Shown here piece by piece: positions 39,441-52,639 of a stretch of 64,000 nucleotides of DNA. The notes beneath the pieces are model-generated. The model was not told where the DNA came from and ran no database searches. It saw nothing but the letters and a program-made list of their open reading frames with translations. Source of the stretch: Octopus bimaculoides. Taxonomy: Eukaryota. The stretch is from NCBI RefSeq assembly GCF_001194135.2, contig NC_068982.1:5598795-5662794 (forward strand), in the 5' to 3' direction. Made by a program: the position numbers and the translations under genes. Numbering within the stretch: position 1 is the first letter of the stretch; each line of letters begins with the position of its first letter.

Positions 39441-39529
39441 GTGTAGAACTAGGAGGCGCAAAAAAGAGTCCCTGAATGCAAGAAGGCGTTAAGTCCATCA
39501 CCATTGTCTCTAATATGTCACCGTTCTAT

Positions 39530-40520
39530 TATAGGCAGAAGGCTAGCAATTTCGAGGATGGGATTAAGTCGATTACATCGACCCCAGTGCGTAACTGGTA
39601 CTTATTTTATCGACTCCAAAAGGATGAATGGCAAAGTTGAACTCGGCTGAATTTGAACTTAGAACGTTAAGGCGGACGAAATGCTGTTAAGCATTTTGTC
39701 CGGTATGCTAACGGTTTTGCCAGCTCACCGACTGTTCCCCTAGTAAACTGGTTTTAAATTTTGGAACAAGGGTAGCAAGGTCGGGGCAGGGATTTAAGTC
39801 GATTACGTCGACCCCAATGCTCTAATGGTACTAATCTCATCGACTCCGAAAGGATGGAAGGTAAAGTCAACCACAGCGGAATTTGAACTTAGAACAGACG
39901 TATTACCGTTAAACATTTTGTCCGGCGTACCTAACGATTCGGCCAGCTCGCCGCCTTTATCCCTAGCAAATAATAATTCTTTCTATTGGAAGCACAAAGG
40001 CCTCAAATTTTGGGGAAGAGATTAAGTCGATTACATCGATCCGAGTGCGTAACTGGTACTTATTTAATCGACCTTCGAAAAGATGAAAGGCAAAGTCAAC
40101 CTCGGCGGAATTTGAACTCAGAACGTAAACAGACGAAATGCCGCTAAGTATTTCGCCAGGCGTGCTAACGTTTCTGCCAGCTCGCCACCTTCTTAAAAAT
40201 ATTATTTTCTACTCTAAGCACAAGGCCCGAAATTTTGAGGGAGGGGCCAGTCGATTAGATTGAGCCCAGTAGGCAACTGGTACTTAATTTATTGACCCCG
40301 AAAGGATGAAAGGCGGAATCGACCTTGGCAGAATTTGAACTCGTAAAGACAGACGAAATACCGGTAAGCATTTCACCGGCGTGCCAACGTTTCTACCAGC
40401 TCGCCGCCTAGGAGAATCTTTTCTACTCTTGGCACAAGGCCCGAAGTTTTTGTGGGAGGGGCCAGTCGATTAGATCGACCCCAATACACCCCGGCGTGCT
40501 AACGTTTCTGCCAGCTCGCC
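39530..40520 (-). mobile_element. Array of five head-to-tail SINE family B copies
   Basis: Copy heads (CAGCTC(G/A)CC) end at ~39730, 39956, 40189, 40408 and 40520; the last copy is internally deleted. Confidence 0.85.
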
Positions 40521-40761
40521 TAAGAAGTAAACATTCTGATTTTGTCATTTCGCTACTGGTTGCTGAGTGACACTTTTCTGAAGACCTACAAAACACTAGA
40601 AATTAAGGAAAATATCAAAGTAGTTTTATCAAGTAACTATAAACACACCCTGCGTATGTAAGGAGTAACCTTGTCGCTGCTATCAACATTTCCCCTGGAT
40701 GAACCCAATGAGAAGTTCAACAATTATTTCCTTTCATATATGAAACTATTATACATTACGT

Positions 40762-40970
40762 GAAGGCACGTGGCTTAGTGGTTAGCGTATTCGGCTCACG
40801 CTCGTAAGGTCATGTGTTCAATTCCTGGCGGCGCATTGTGTCCTTGAGCATGCTACTTCATTTTTTTTTTTACGTTGCTCTAGCCCACTCAGCTGGCAAA
40901 AATGAGTTGTGCGTGTAGTTCAAATCCCAGCTTTGTCACACTCTGTGTTGCTCTGAATCTCCATGAGATA
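40762..40970 (+). mobile_element. SINE family D (3' truncated)
   Basis: GTGAAGGCACGTGGCTTAGTGGTTAG...CCACTCAGCTGGCAAAAATGAG...TTTGTCACACTCTGTG. Confidence 0.7.
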
Positions 40971-41097
40971 AGGTCAGCAAATTCGGGGTAAGGGCTGAGT
41001 CGATTTCATCGACTCCATGGCTCAAATGCTACTTATTTTATTGTCCCCGCACAAACGATTCTGGCGCCTTAAACGAAGTTTGTGATATTAACTAAAT

Positions 41098-41275
41098 GTA
41101 AGGCGGCGAGCTGCCAGAATCGTTAACACGCCGGAATCGGTAACGGCATTTGGTCCATCTTCGCGTTCTGAGTTTCAATTCCTCCGTAGTCGACTTTGCC
41201 TTTCATCCCTTTCGGGGTCAATAAAATAAATACCAGTTGAGCTCTGGGGTCGATCTAATCGACTTAGCCAAAATT
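41098..41275 (+). mobile_element. SINE family B
   Basis: TAAGGCGGCGAGCTGCCAGAATCGTTA...GGGGTCGATCTAATCGACTTAG. Confidence 0.8.
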
Positions 41276-41433
41276 TGGTGTCTTAACGAGTCTGCCAGTT
41301 CGTAGACGAACTGGGCGCAGCTCGTTCGTCTTTACATTCTGATGACTTGTAGGCACGTGGTATTTCGTTAGGCAAACCTTAATATGTATGTTTAATGTTT
41401 TTGTAAGTCAACACCATGTTCTACTGTGTTAGC

Positions 41434-41956
41434 AGTACTTTTTGGTTACCTCATCCCCATTAAAAAATTGCCATTAAAAAAATTGGGTTATCTCCCCATT
41501 AAAAAGTTGAGTTTGTGTGGCGACAAAAGATTGGATTAAAAGAATTAGATCCTTTTGATTCAATACTTCAGCACATTGTTAACGTTTGGACCCCACTCAA
41601 TAGGAATGGTATGATTTGATATAAAAATGTTATTAGATTCAATAAGATGTTAATTTTTTTTAGTTTTCATGTTCATTAGTTTTTTTTAGTTTTTATGTTT
41701 ATTAATTTGTTTAGTTTTCATGTTTATTAATTTTTTTCTGTTTTCTGTGATTTGTTATAAAAATATTATCAGATTCAAAACGATGTTTCGTCTTTTCACT
41801 TTTTATGCTTATTAATTTTTACATTTTTTTTTTGTTTTATTGAGGGTTAAACAACTTTTTTAGTTGAAGGAGATAACCAAAAGTACTGATATTTCTCGTA
41901 AAACGGGTGGGAGATAACCCAATTTTTTAATAGGGGTGAGATAACCAAAAAGCACC
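41434..41956. mobile_element. MITE, same family as 21214-21642
   Basis: TIRs AGTACTTTTTGGTTACCTCATCCCCATTAAAAAATTG / CAATTTTTTAATAGGGGTGAGATAACCAAAAAGCACC. Confidence 0.8.
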
Positions 41957-41965
41957 CTTTTTACA

Positions 41966-42232
41966 TTATTTTGCGAAGGTTCATTCTACAGATATTCTAT
42001 AGAAATTATAGCCAGCACTGATTCTTTTTGCTACAATGTTTCGTATCGAGACGTCAGATGTAAACAAAGAATGGGAACAACGATCCCCACGAAATATGGC
42101 ATATTCACTCATTACCCATTTTTGTCTCTGATCTCATTGTGTGTTTACATCTGATGTCTCGATACGAAACATTGTAGAAAAAAAACAAAATTGCTGGTTA
42201 TAATTTCTGCAGAAATAACCCTAACAAAATAA
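41966..42232. repeat. Foldback / long inverted repeat (MITE-like)
   Basis: Core arms 42031-42066 and 42142-42177 (36 bp, 1 mismatch), extending imperfectly to ~100 bp per arm. Confidence 0.85.
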
Positions 42233-42689
42233 TTTACATTCTGAGTTGATACTCCTCTTCACCTTTCATTTTTCGGGGTCGATAGAATGCGTACCACTTG
42301 AGCACTGGGGTCGATGTCATCGACTTAACCGCCTCCACTCCCCCGAAACTGCCGGCCTTGTGCCAAAATTTGAAACCAGTATTATAGTAGAATAGTGTAA
42401 GAGTTAATTTGCAACACTTCAACACGATTGCTTTTTGTTTGGAAAAGTTAGAATATTAAGAACAGTACAAGCCGAGACATAGAAATCAGAAATTCTTGAC
42501 TGACTGGCTATAAATGCCAACCACTTGATCTTCACTTGACATAAAAAAATATTTTAAAAAGGCTGTGGCTGTCCTGTTGTTCAACTCAAGTTGTTATCAC
42601 ACCCATAAGCTACTTCATAAATGCTTCATGTTTTTTTGTGTCAATATCTGATAACATTATTAGTGCGTGAGAATACTGGTGTGTGTTGG

Positions 42690-43297
42690 TGTTGGCGGCA
42701 GTGGCGGAGACAGCGGCGGTGGCAACGGTGGTGGTGGTGTTGGTGATGATGCTGGTGATGATGCTGGTGGTGGTGGTAGTGGTGGTGGTGGTGGTGGCAG
42801 TAGTGTTTCTACTGCTGTTGCTGGTGGATGTAGATTGGGTGGCAGTGATGGTAGCTATGGAAGAATATGTGTTCGTGGTTTTTCGGTTGGTGGTGGAGAT
42901 GAGGACTTTTTTTGTGGTGGGAGGATGTAGCGACTATTTGGTGCTCCTTTCGATTCCCATTCTAAGTATCATTCACTTTTCTCAACTCACTTCTCTTCAG
43001 CCCTTCATAAGAAGGAATTATTATGTCTATCATTCTTAGGGAATTCCACCCAATCAGAACGTGGCCTCTTCTACCCTCTTCCCTTTTAAACTCCTTTTTC
43101 TCTTCCGCTTTTGTCTTATCCTCTCCTCATCCCCTCCTCCTCCTCCCTCATCCACCACCTCGTCCTCGTCCCCCTCCCCTCCCCGGCCCTTCATCATTCC
43201 CTCCCCTCTTCTCTTTCCTCTCTTTCTCTTCACTTCCCTCTTCTCCTCCTCTCTTCGTCGTCCTCCCACTCCTCATCATCACCGTCGTCGTCATCAT

Positions 43298-43328
<31 letters not shown>

Positions 43329-43760
43329 AGCAGCAACAGAAGCATTGACAATGGAAATAACAGAAATGGTACGGGCGCCAAACTAAATAATGCCTTGCAG
43401 CATATTTCGGTCAACCTTATTTTTGCGTTCCGTATTCAATTCCCACAAACGTTTGCTTTGCTTTCCTTGGCCCCAGATTTGGTAAATGAATACCAGTAAT
43501 ATACTGTCCCTATTCAAAAGACTACACTCTTCCCTTTTGTCCCATATTAAAAACCTCATCATCTTCCTCCTCCTCTTCCCCCTGCTCCTCTTCATCCCTT
43601 GCTCCTTCTCCCCCTGCTCTCCTCTTCCTGCTGCCCCTCCTCCTGAGTCTCCTGCTCTCCTCTTCCTGCTCTCCTCTTCCTGCTCTCTTCCTCCACCTGC
43701 TCTCTTCCTTCTCCTGCTCTCCTGCTCTCCTGCTCTCCTCCTCCTACTGCTCCCCNNNNN
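42690..43760. repeat. Low-complexity block: (GGT)n, C/T-rich tracts, (CAT)n/(CAG)n
   Basis: Simple-sequence composition; produces the poly-G/P/S/L ORFs in the track. Confidence 0.9.
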
Positions 43761-43910
43761 NNNNNNNNNNNNNNNNNNNNNNNNNNNNNNNNNNNNNNNN
43801 NNNNNNNNNNNNNNNNNNNNNNNNNNNNNNNNNNNNNNNNNNNNNNNNNNNNNNNNNNNNNNNNNNNNNNNNNNNNNNNNNNNNNNNNNNNNNNNNNNNN
43901 NNNNNNNNNN

Positions 43911-43911
43911 N

Positions 43912-43953
<42 letters not shown>

Positions 43954-44520
43954 TAATTCGTTTTATTGGCCACAAGGGCTAATATCAATTAAAAACATAT
44001 AAGGACAAAGACAGGACGAAGGTTACAAAAGGTTTTGTCCGAAAAGGTAGGAAAGTTCGTCTAAACAGAGGAAGAAAACGGAGAAAGATATAATGAATAA
44101 ATAGATAAATAAATAAGTAGAAACCCCCGAAGGGGGAGGCGCTTCGAAAAAGGAAAGGTTACACGTGGAAAAACCCATAAAACCACGGGAGCCTGGTCAG
44201 AAAAAAATAAGAAAGGGGTATAGAGCCCTTTCTCCAACAACAACGACACCGTCGACAACAACAACAATAATCGAACTGCAAAGGTCGTGCTTATAATAAT
44301 TGTTGCGTTGGGGACAATGAGCGAAGTTATAGAGAAATGGCTGAAGGAGACTGAAATAGAATGCCAGGTTAGAGTTCTTACAGAAAGTTTGTTTCTTAGA
44401 GATAACAAGGATTATCAGGAGGGTTCTAAGTACTTGAAAAGCAGCAGAAAACTTGTGGATGCCTAAGGTTACTAGTAATAACCCGCTACCCTCATAATTC
44501 CTACCAGGAATAAGACCGAG
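43911..44520 (-). mobile_element. 3' end of an unclassified LINE-like element with AATAAA and (TTA)n tail
   Basis: The minus strand ends ...TAGCCCTTGTGGCCAATAAAACGAATTAATTATTATT...; no clear protein motif is visible. Confidence 0.45.
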
Positions 44521-44539
44521 CCGAGCAAAAATAATAATA

Positions 44540-44750
44540 ATGGTTTCAAATTTTGGCACAAGGCCGGCAATTTCGGAGGAGAGACTAAATCGATTACATC
44601 GATTCCAGAACTCAACTGGTTTTTATTTTACAGACTCCGAAAGGATGAAAGGTAAAGTCGACCTCGGTGGAATTTGAACTCAGAACGTAAAGGACAGACG
44701 TAACGCCGCTAAGCATTTTATCCGAGGTCCAATTCCTGCCAACTTGCCGC
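44540..44750 (-). mobile_element. SINE family B
   Basis: Reverse-complement copy from TTTCAAATTTTGGCACAAGGCC to GCCAACTTGCCGC. Confidence 0.8.
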
Positions 44751-45504
44751 GGTAAATGATATTAGAAATATATTGCCCTTTGCAGGTGGTCAAGGTAGCT
44801 TATTCTAGAATGCGTTCGGTCTGGAAATATAAAACTCTGCGGTTCGGTCCTTAGTTTGAGCAGGTCTCAGTACTTTCACCAATCGAAATCTTATCGAAAC
44901 TGTTGTTTCACTGAGTTAGGAGAAGTGATAAAAGAGATTTCGGTCACGTGTTTCCATATCATCATTATAAGGTTTCACTTAGAATTCAAGAATTCTGGTA
45001 ATAAAGGCTTCAGTGTGAATTATGATGAGAGGGGCGAAAGAATAGATGTAAATGCATCCAGTGTGAGTCATTATTTAAATCAAAAGCTCTCAAACAGGGC
45101 CCACATGACAACTGGGAGTCCACATAAGATTTTAGCGGGGGCCACACAAACAAAGCAGTAAATTGGATGGGGTGGGGTCCATGGTAGTATTTTAGGGGTT
45201 AATGAAAAAATTTTGCTTTAGATGTATTTATTTTGAGAAATTAGGTTACATAAATTAATATGTTTCGGCCATTGTAACATACGCACATGCCTCTCTGTAC
45301 CACGGACTAAAAGCGGGGAACATCGGTCGTCCGATGAAGCCGATTGTCCGTAGGTACCAACACTAAGGTTAGGTTACGTTAGGAGTGGTTAATATCAACA
45401 AGTACATTACGAAAGACAAAGGAATAAATAGAGTACTGTACTTTTAATCAAGCACACTATCCAATCTGACAGTGTAAAATACCTGTACACTGTAAATTAC
45501 TACG

Positions 45505-45950
45505 GCACTCTGTCGGTTACGACGTCGAGGGTTCCAGTTGATCCAATCAACGGAACAGCCTGCTCGTGAAATTAACGTGCAAGTGGCTGAGCACTCCACA
45601 GACACGTGTNNNNNNNNNNAATTAACGTGCAAGTGGCTGAGCACTCCACAGACACGTGTACCCTTGACGTAATTCTCGGGGATATTCAGCGTGACACAGA
45701 GTGTTACAAGGCTGGCCCTTTGAAATACAGGCACAACAGAAACAGCAAGAAAGTATGAGAGAAAGTTGTGGTGAAAGAACACAGCTGCTGTACTCTTTCA
45801 CCACAACTTGCGCCACCACTCCCTGCCAGGGCCTCGTGGAGCTTTCAGTGTTTTCGCTCAATAAACATTCACAACACCCGGTCTGGGAATCGAAACCGCG
45901 ATCCTATGACCGCGAGTCCGCTGCCCTAACCACTGGGTCATTGCATCTCC
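45505..45950 (-). mobile_element. SINE family C (tRNA-Arg-like head)
   Basis: Complete reverse-complement copy with a small gap artefact. Confidence 0.85.
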
Positions 45951-46296
45951 ATACACTATATAAATACATACGGTAATTTCAACATTTTAAATTTAAAATC
46001 AGACTTACCATGGATGGCGAAGAGGTGTTGTTGACATGCAGTGATTTTGTCCGCTGCTTCCGAAATCCGTTAAAGGGAAGATCCGTAGATCCGAGGTATG
46101 AGTGTATTCTCTTAGAGAATGCAATTGCAAACCTACGCAATGGGTGAAAAACAAAATAGGAATCTTGAAAGAAGTATCTAGAGAACTAGTTTTTAAACAT
46201 CAAATGGCTATGGGCACACACAAGAATAAAACAGTAATCAAAGGAGTCTACAACTAAACAAATATAAAAATGGTTAAAAGCCACGGATTTCAATGG

Positions 46297-46940
46297 CAGG
46301 GCTTATAGTTCGCCGGGCGAAATGCTGAGCAGTATTTCGTCTGTCTTTACGTTCTGAGTTCAAATTCCGCCGAGGTCCACTTTGCCTTTCATTCTTTCGG
46401 GTTTGATAAATTAAGCACCAGTTGCCTACTGGCGTCGATCTAATCGACTTTTCCCCTCCCCCCAAATTTCGGGTCTTGTGCCTAGAGTAGAAAAGAATAT
46501 ACATGTATATTAAGACGGTGAGCTGGCAGAAACGTTAGCACGCTGGGCGAAGCGGTATTTCGTCTGCCGGTACGTTCTGAGTTCAAATTCCGCCGAGGTC
46601 GACTTTGCTTTCATCCTTTCGGGGTCTATAAATTAAGTACCAGTTACGCACTGGGGTCCATCTAATTGACTTAATGCCTTTGTCTGTTCTTCTTTGTCTC
46701 CCTCTATGTTTAGCCCCTTGTGGGCAATAAAGAAACAAGAAACGTTAGCACGCCGGGCGAAATGCTTAGAGGTATTTCGTCTGTCTTTACGTTCTGAGTT
46801 CAAATTTCGCCGAGGTCGACTTTGCCTTTCATCCTTTCGGTGTCGATAAATTAAGCACCAATTGCGTATTGGGGTTGATCTAATCGACCCCCCCCCACCA
46901 AATTTCGGGCCTTGAGCGTAGAGAAGAAAAGAAAAGAATA
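46297..46940 (+). mobile_element. Three head-to-tail SINE family B copies
   Basis: Copies at ~46297-46498, 46513-46738 and 46739-46940. Confidence 0.85.
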
Positions 46941-47316
46941 TGTAAATTGGTCTGTCCAGAAGTGTTACACCGTTAAACTTGTTGGCTATTTCAATAATGT
47001 GTTCGTCGCTGGTTGACAGGTTGGATGTGACGTCGAAGAAGGTGTATTAACTCTTGAAATATGCATATACACCTGTTATTTGATTTTCTATCATCACTCG
47101 CATTGTTTATACAGACGTGTTCGTATAAGAAACGTCGTAACTTTCAGTGCTGACTTTAAATTCTTTGGAATATCTAAGGAGATAATTCAAAGTATATAGA
47201 TATGAGTATACACGGTGAGAAGTAAACACTATGCAGTGACTCTTTTTATTGCTGGGAAATGTAAAAAGCGTTTTATAATAAAACATTTTATACCCAAGCA
47301 TTAACTACCCCCTCCC

Positions 47317-47367
<51 letters not shown>

Positions 47368-47429
47368 CTTGTCTCTCTCTCTCTATCTCTCTCTCTCTAT
47401 CTCTCTCTATTTCTATCTATCTCTTTACT

Positions 47430-47468
<39 letters not shown>

Positions 47469-50400
47469 ATCTATCTACCTATCTATCTATCTATCTATCT
47501 ACCTATCTATCTATCTATCTATCTCTATATATATATATCGACACACATACATACATGTATATACTTATATACAAACACACACACACATATATATTCTTTT
47601 ATTCTTTTACTTATACACACACACACACACACGCATGCAAACCCATATTTGTACATGTTTCTACGTATTTGTATATTGTTCTGCATTATTGTTATTCGGA
47701 TTTTGTATATTGTAGTTACATACACCCAAAATATGCCAAATATTTAATTGTTTTGAAATGCTTCGCTCTCTGTTGCAGTTTCGCTTCAATAAATGAATAA
47801 ACAAATAGTCATCATTATTGTTGTTGTCATTGTTGCTGTTGATAATGAATTTATTTTTATTGTGTTCACGTTTTTTTTTTTATTCACCAACGTTGATGTG
47901 TCACCACTTTGCCTGTCTAATAAAGTGGTTATAACCAACGATCTAATGTCTGAAGATTAACTGTGACATTTTTTTTTCCTAAAGAAAATATTTTAACTAT
48001 ACAAACTGACACTCTTCTGGAATACTCTATGCTTCTTCTTTGTTTCTGTTCTCTATTATTTCGTCATTTAGTGGTAAGAACTGAACGGCAGAAGGCCTTC
48101 ACAGAAGGATCCCCAGTCAGGCAAGTGTCTCGGCCCTTAACTTCTTACACTGCAATTGGGGCCGGGCTGCATTCAGGTCATGACTCCTGGATGTCCTTCT
48201 GCTGACGTATTCTAGCCACTTGCATATCGGAGACTTGTGCACTTAAACTCCTTAGAGATTTCATTTAGTCGGAACTCCACTTTGTTGGTTCAGTTTGCAA
48301 ACTTATACTTAAAGACAGTATGGAGGTCGTTATTTTTGTTAAAGTTATGTTTGGTAGTTTGGCCTATTGGCATAAGAGTAAATATCACAAAGCATTTAGT
48401 TCTAGCCTCTTCTTGTTGTTAAGTTTCAGACTCCGGAATAAGATAAGGTCAACCATAACTGTTTGTCGGCTCTATGATCTTGAGACCGAAAACTGGAATA
48501 ACATCTCAATATCTTCAAATCCATAAAACAATTTGAGCTCAGCACTGCAAACTAACATATTCCTATTCCTGAAAGTGGTTAGAGGAGTCAAATGTGAGCA
48601 GCTAGTTACAAGTAGGAGTGAACCTGTATGTGCTCCGGTCTTGACTTGTGCACAGAGGTACGGGTGTTGGAATGGGGACCGACAAGCCTTTGAATAGTAA
48701 TCCATCGCTACCGTCTAGACCAGTGGTGGTTCTACTCAATGAGAATTCACATAACACAAACATAAAATAATTCTCCCTACAACAGGCACAAGGCCTGAAA
48801 TTTTAGAAGAGAGGGTTTATCGATTATATCGATCCCAGTGCTCAACTAGTACTTATATCATCGACACTGAAATTATGAAAGGCAAATTCGGCCACAGTGA
48901 GATTTGAAAACACAAAGGGGATCCGTTGAATAGAACAACTAGTCATTGAACGATAACCGGAATATTATAAGAAGGACCTGTCTCTCGTGTTAGTTCCCAA
49001 TGTCTGCTTTTCCGGTGTCTGTTGCTGAAGAAGAGCTAATCACTCTGAAATGCATGCAACCAACAGTCTGGTTAGCGAACGCTGTGGATTGATTCGGTGT
49101 ACTTATATCTATTTGCCTACCGCGAGAAAGTTTCTTCGCGACAAAATACTGTGAATGACTTTATTACGATTTCGAATATACCTCAATCATATTTGGACTG
49201 GTAACAAGTTCGTAAATAGAGACTAGCAAGTTGCTAACTTCCAATAGTTTTCTTATCATATTAATGTTTCCGAAGGCCGTTACATACAATAACTTTATTT
49301 ATTCAAAATGTCATGTTCATAATAATTGCCCCTTTGACGACATAAGACATCTTAAACATTTATAGTCAGCAATCCACAAACATGGAAGCAAGTATTATAA
49401 ATATTTTACAAACCATCCAGACAATTATCAGCGACTGTTGATATTCCGTCAGCTCTTTAATGGCATCTTGCCTGCCGTTCCATAACAGCTTTAGAAAGTA
49501 CCTACACATCCTCGAACAATGCTCTCTGAAGCTTTCAGCTGGCAGAGTCATTAGGAAGTTGGACAGAGCTGGCTCTTTGAGTTCAAATCTTATCGGAATC
49601 AACTTTACTTTTCATTACATTTAAGATGAAGTCACCTGTGTTCGAAGCTGAAAAATGATAGACTCTGCCGGGTTTAAAATGTTATAAAAGCGCCATATGT
49701 CACTACAGAGCCTTGAGACTGTATTAGAAATTGAGGGCTATAGGAAGAGAATATTCTTCTGTAAGAATACTCACAGTTTCCACCCTACAGCAAAAGTATA
49801 TCAGGTTCAAGACGCTAGTTAGCTGCAAAATAGATATCATATATATGGAGATAGCTGGATGGTTGGAAAGATAGATAAAGATGTGTATCTAGATATACGT
49901 TGAGATAAAATGAAAAACAATTGAAACACTATTTCAGTATGAAAACATTCATTCAGTGAAAGATCTCCACTTCAAATCAACTTCTCTAAGTACCAAGTTA
50001 ACAACTGTAATCTCTCAATCATAGTAATTAATCCCACTAGCGTCTTTTTTTAAACTCGTTTCTACTTAAACAACAATTGTAAATGAATCTCTTAGAGTTA
50101 TCTTCAGTGTTAATCTATTTTTGTTTTGCTTTTGTTTTCGCTCTTGTCAGATGTTTGAAACGGTTGACATATCTCACTTTATTATATCCAGTATAAAAGA
50201 GAAAATAACTTTGATTTAAGACCGACTACAGTTAGATGAGGTCCTGTGGGTATTATTATACGCATTGCCAGTAATGCGGCACAGTAAATTCTAAAACTTG
50301 TTTTTCGTAGACGCGACAGTGATATAAATAATAAATAAATACTGAATGTTGTTTTTTGTTGAGTATCTTTGCTCTTTTATTTTTTGTATTTTCCTGTTTT

Positions 50401-50720
50401 AACTTCAGACTGTTATCATATTGTTAGGAGGACCCTAAGGACAATTTTACCCGTCTAACTGGAGCATTTTAAAATCATGCACACATGTGTATGGCGCTCA
50501 TATATACGTATAATTTCTTTAAGATTAAAACCACCACATGATTATAACTGAACAGTAGCGCGGCACCATCTCCACCACCATAACTAATATTATCACAACC
50601 ACAACATGATTATCCGACTTCGTACGTTTTTAGATGATTGAATCATATCAAACAAAATGGCTGTCTTGCCTTACTACGGTTTTACAAATCGCTTCCTTTA
50701 TCAGTAGTATTCGCTTAAAG

Positions 50721-50977
50721 CAGAAGTTCTCAACCGGCATCCCTATGGCCCTCGGGGGTCAAAATATAAGATTTTGTTGCCAAAGTTTATGTGCAATAAA
50801 TCGGTTAGACTTCTTCAATACACAGAATATTCAAACAATATTGTTTATAGAAATCCTTATAATATTTAATTACAAAAATACAATAGGGTCTTTTAAATAT
50901 CGAATGGTTATGAGGGTCCAGTAAAGTAAACTAGTAACCAAAGGGGTCCATTAGCTAAAAATGGTTGAGAATCACTG
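50721..50977. mobile_element. hAT-type MITE (related to 12773-12942)
   Basis: TIRs CAGAAGTTCTCAACC / GGTTGAGAATCACTG; flanks GCTTAAAG / GTCTAAAG; subterminal GGGGTCCA. Confidence 0.8.
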
Positions 50978-51218
50978 GTCTAAAGCTTCCCGAAAATGCC
51001 AACATACAAATCGATGGATAATTGAATAGTCAAAAGATAACTAAGCAATCCCATCATGAAAGGGAGATGAAACAAGTATCTGAGTAAAATAAGTCCCGGG
51101 GTTGATATGAGGGACTAAAGGCCCTTGAAAAAATGCACTAGCATTATCCAATGCCCGCAAACAGTAAAAAAATAAAAAGATGTTTGATCGATCAGGGCTG
51201 GGCTGGAGGTTAACATTA

Positions 51219-51278
<60 letters not shown>

Positions 51279-51661
51279 GCCACTACTACCACCACCGCTA
51301 CCACCACCACCACCACCACGACCCTGATAAAACGAAACTATGATCAAAAGCTTTCGAGTTATGACCATCCAGTCGATTTTGTATACCAGGACTTACTGTT
51401 GTCCAACACGTCTTTCCTATTTCTTAAGACGGTAGGTGGAAGGATATTTGGCTGCTATTTCTAGCTGAGGGTATGACCACGTAGAAGCTCCATCCATGGA
51501 TCCTTCTCTGATGAACGATGTAAAAACTTTTGTTATCATATGAACAAGGTCATATCACTCGTTTCTGGGAATTTAACGAACGCAGAAGGAAAAGAGGCAG
51601 ATTTGATCCTGGTCGTATTCGAAATCAAATCGTAACTGAGAACACAGAGCAATCTCTCGCG

Positions 51662-51710
<49 letters not shown>

Positions 51711-52526
51711 NNNNNNNNNNNNNNNNNNNNNNNNNNNNNNNNNNNNNNNNNNNNNNNNNNNNNNNNNNNNNNNNNNNNNNNNNNNNNNNNNNNNNNNNNN
51801 NNNNNNNNNNNNNNNNNNNNNNNNNNNNNNNNNNNNNNNNNNNNNNNNNNNNNNNNNNNNNNNNNNNNNNNNNNNNNNNNNNNNNNNNNNNNNNNNNNNN
51901 NNNNNNNNNNNNNNNNNNNNNNNNNNNNNNNNNNNNNNNNNNNNNNNNNNNNNNNNNNNNNNNNNNNNNNNNNNNNNNNNNNNNNNNNNNNNNNNNNNNN
52001 NNNNNNNNNNNNNNNNNNNNNNNNNNNNNNNNNNNNNNNNNNNNNNNNNNNNNNNNNNNNNNNNNNNNNNNNNNNNNNNNNNNNNNNNNNNNNNNNNNNN
52101 NNNNNNNNNNNNNNNNNNNNNNNNNNNNNNNNNNNNNNNNNNNNNNNNNNNNNNNNNNNNNNNNNNNNNNNNNNNNNNNNNNNNNNNNNNNNNNNNNNNN
52201 NNNNNNNNNNNNNNNNNNNNNNNNNNNNNNNNNNNNNNNNNNNNNNNNNNNNNNNNNNNNNNNNNNNNNNNNNNNNNNNNNNNNNNNNNNNNNNNNNNNN
52301 NNNNNNNNNNNNNNNNNNNNNNNNNNNNNNNNNNNNNNNNNNNNNNNNNNNNNNNNNNNNNNNNNNNNNNNNNNNNNNNNNNNNNNNNNNNNNNNNNNNN
52401 NNNNNNNNNNNNNNNNNNNNNNNNNNNNNNNNNNNNNNNNNNNNNNNNNNNNNNNNNNNNNNNNNNNNNNNNNNNNNNNNNNNNNNNNNNNNNNNNNNNN
52501 NNNNNNNNNNNNNNNNNNNNNNNNNN

Positions 52527-52574
<48 letters not shown>

Positions 52575-52639
52575 TCATATATATATTATATACATATATA
52601 TTATACATATGTATATGCATACATATACATATCAAAACA

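Noticed and set aside
45570-45660. Exact 40-bp duplication inside SINE C (a similar case lies at ~53070-53180)
   Set aside because: Identical copies on either side of a 10-N gap indicate an unmerged contig overlap.
48080-48720. GC-richer stretch possibly from an RTE-like LINE
   Set aside because: No convincing conserved motif could be read, so it is left unannotated.
50151-50230. Possible exon after a strong polypyrimidine-AG
   Set aside because: Stops in all frames; could only be non-coding, and this is unsupported.
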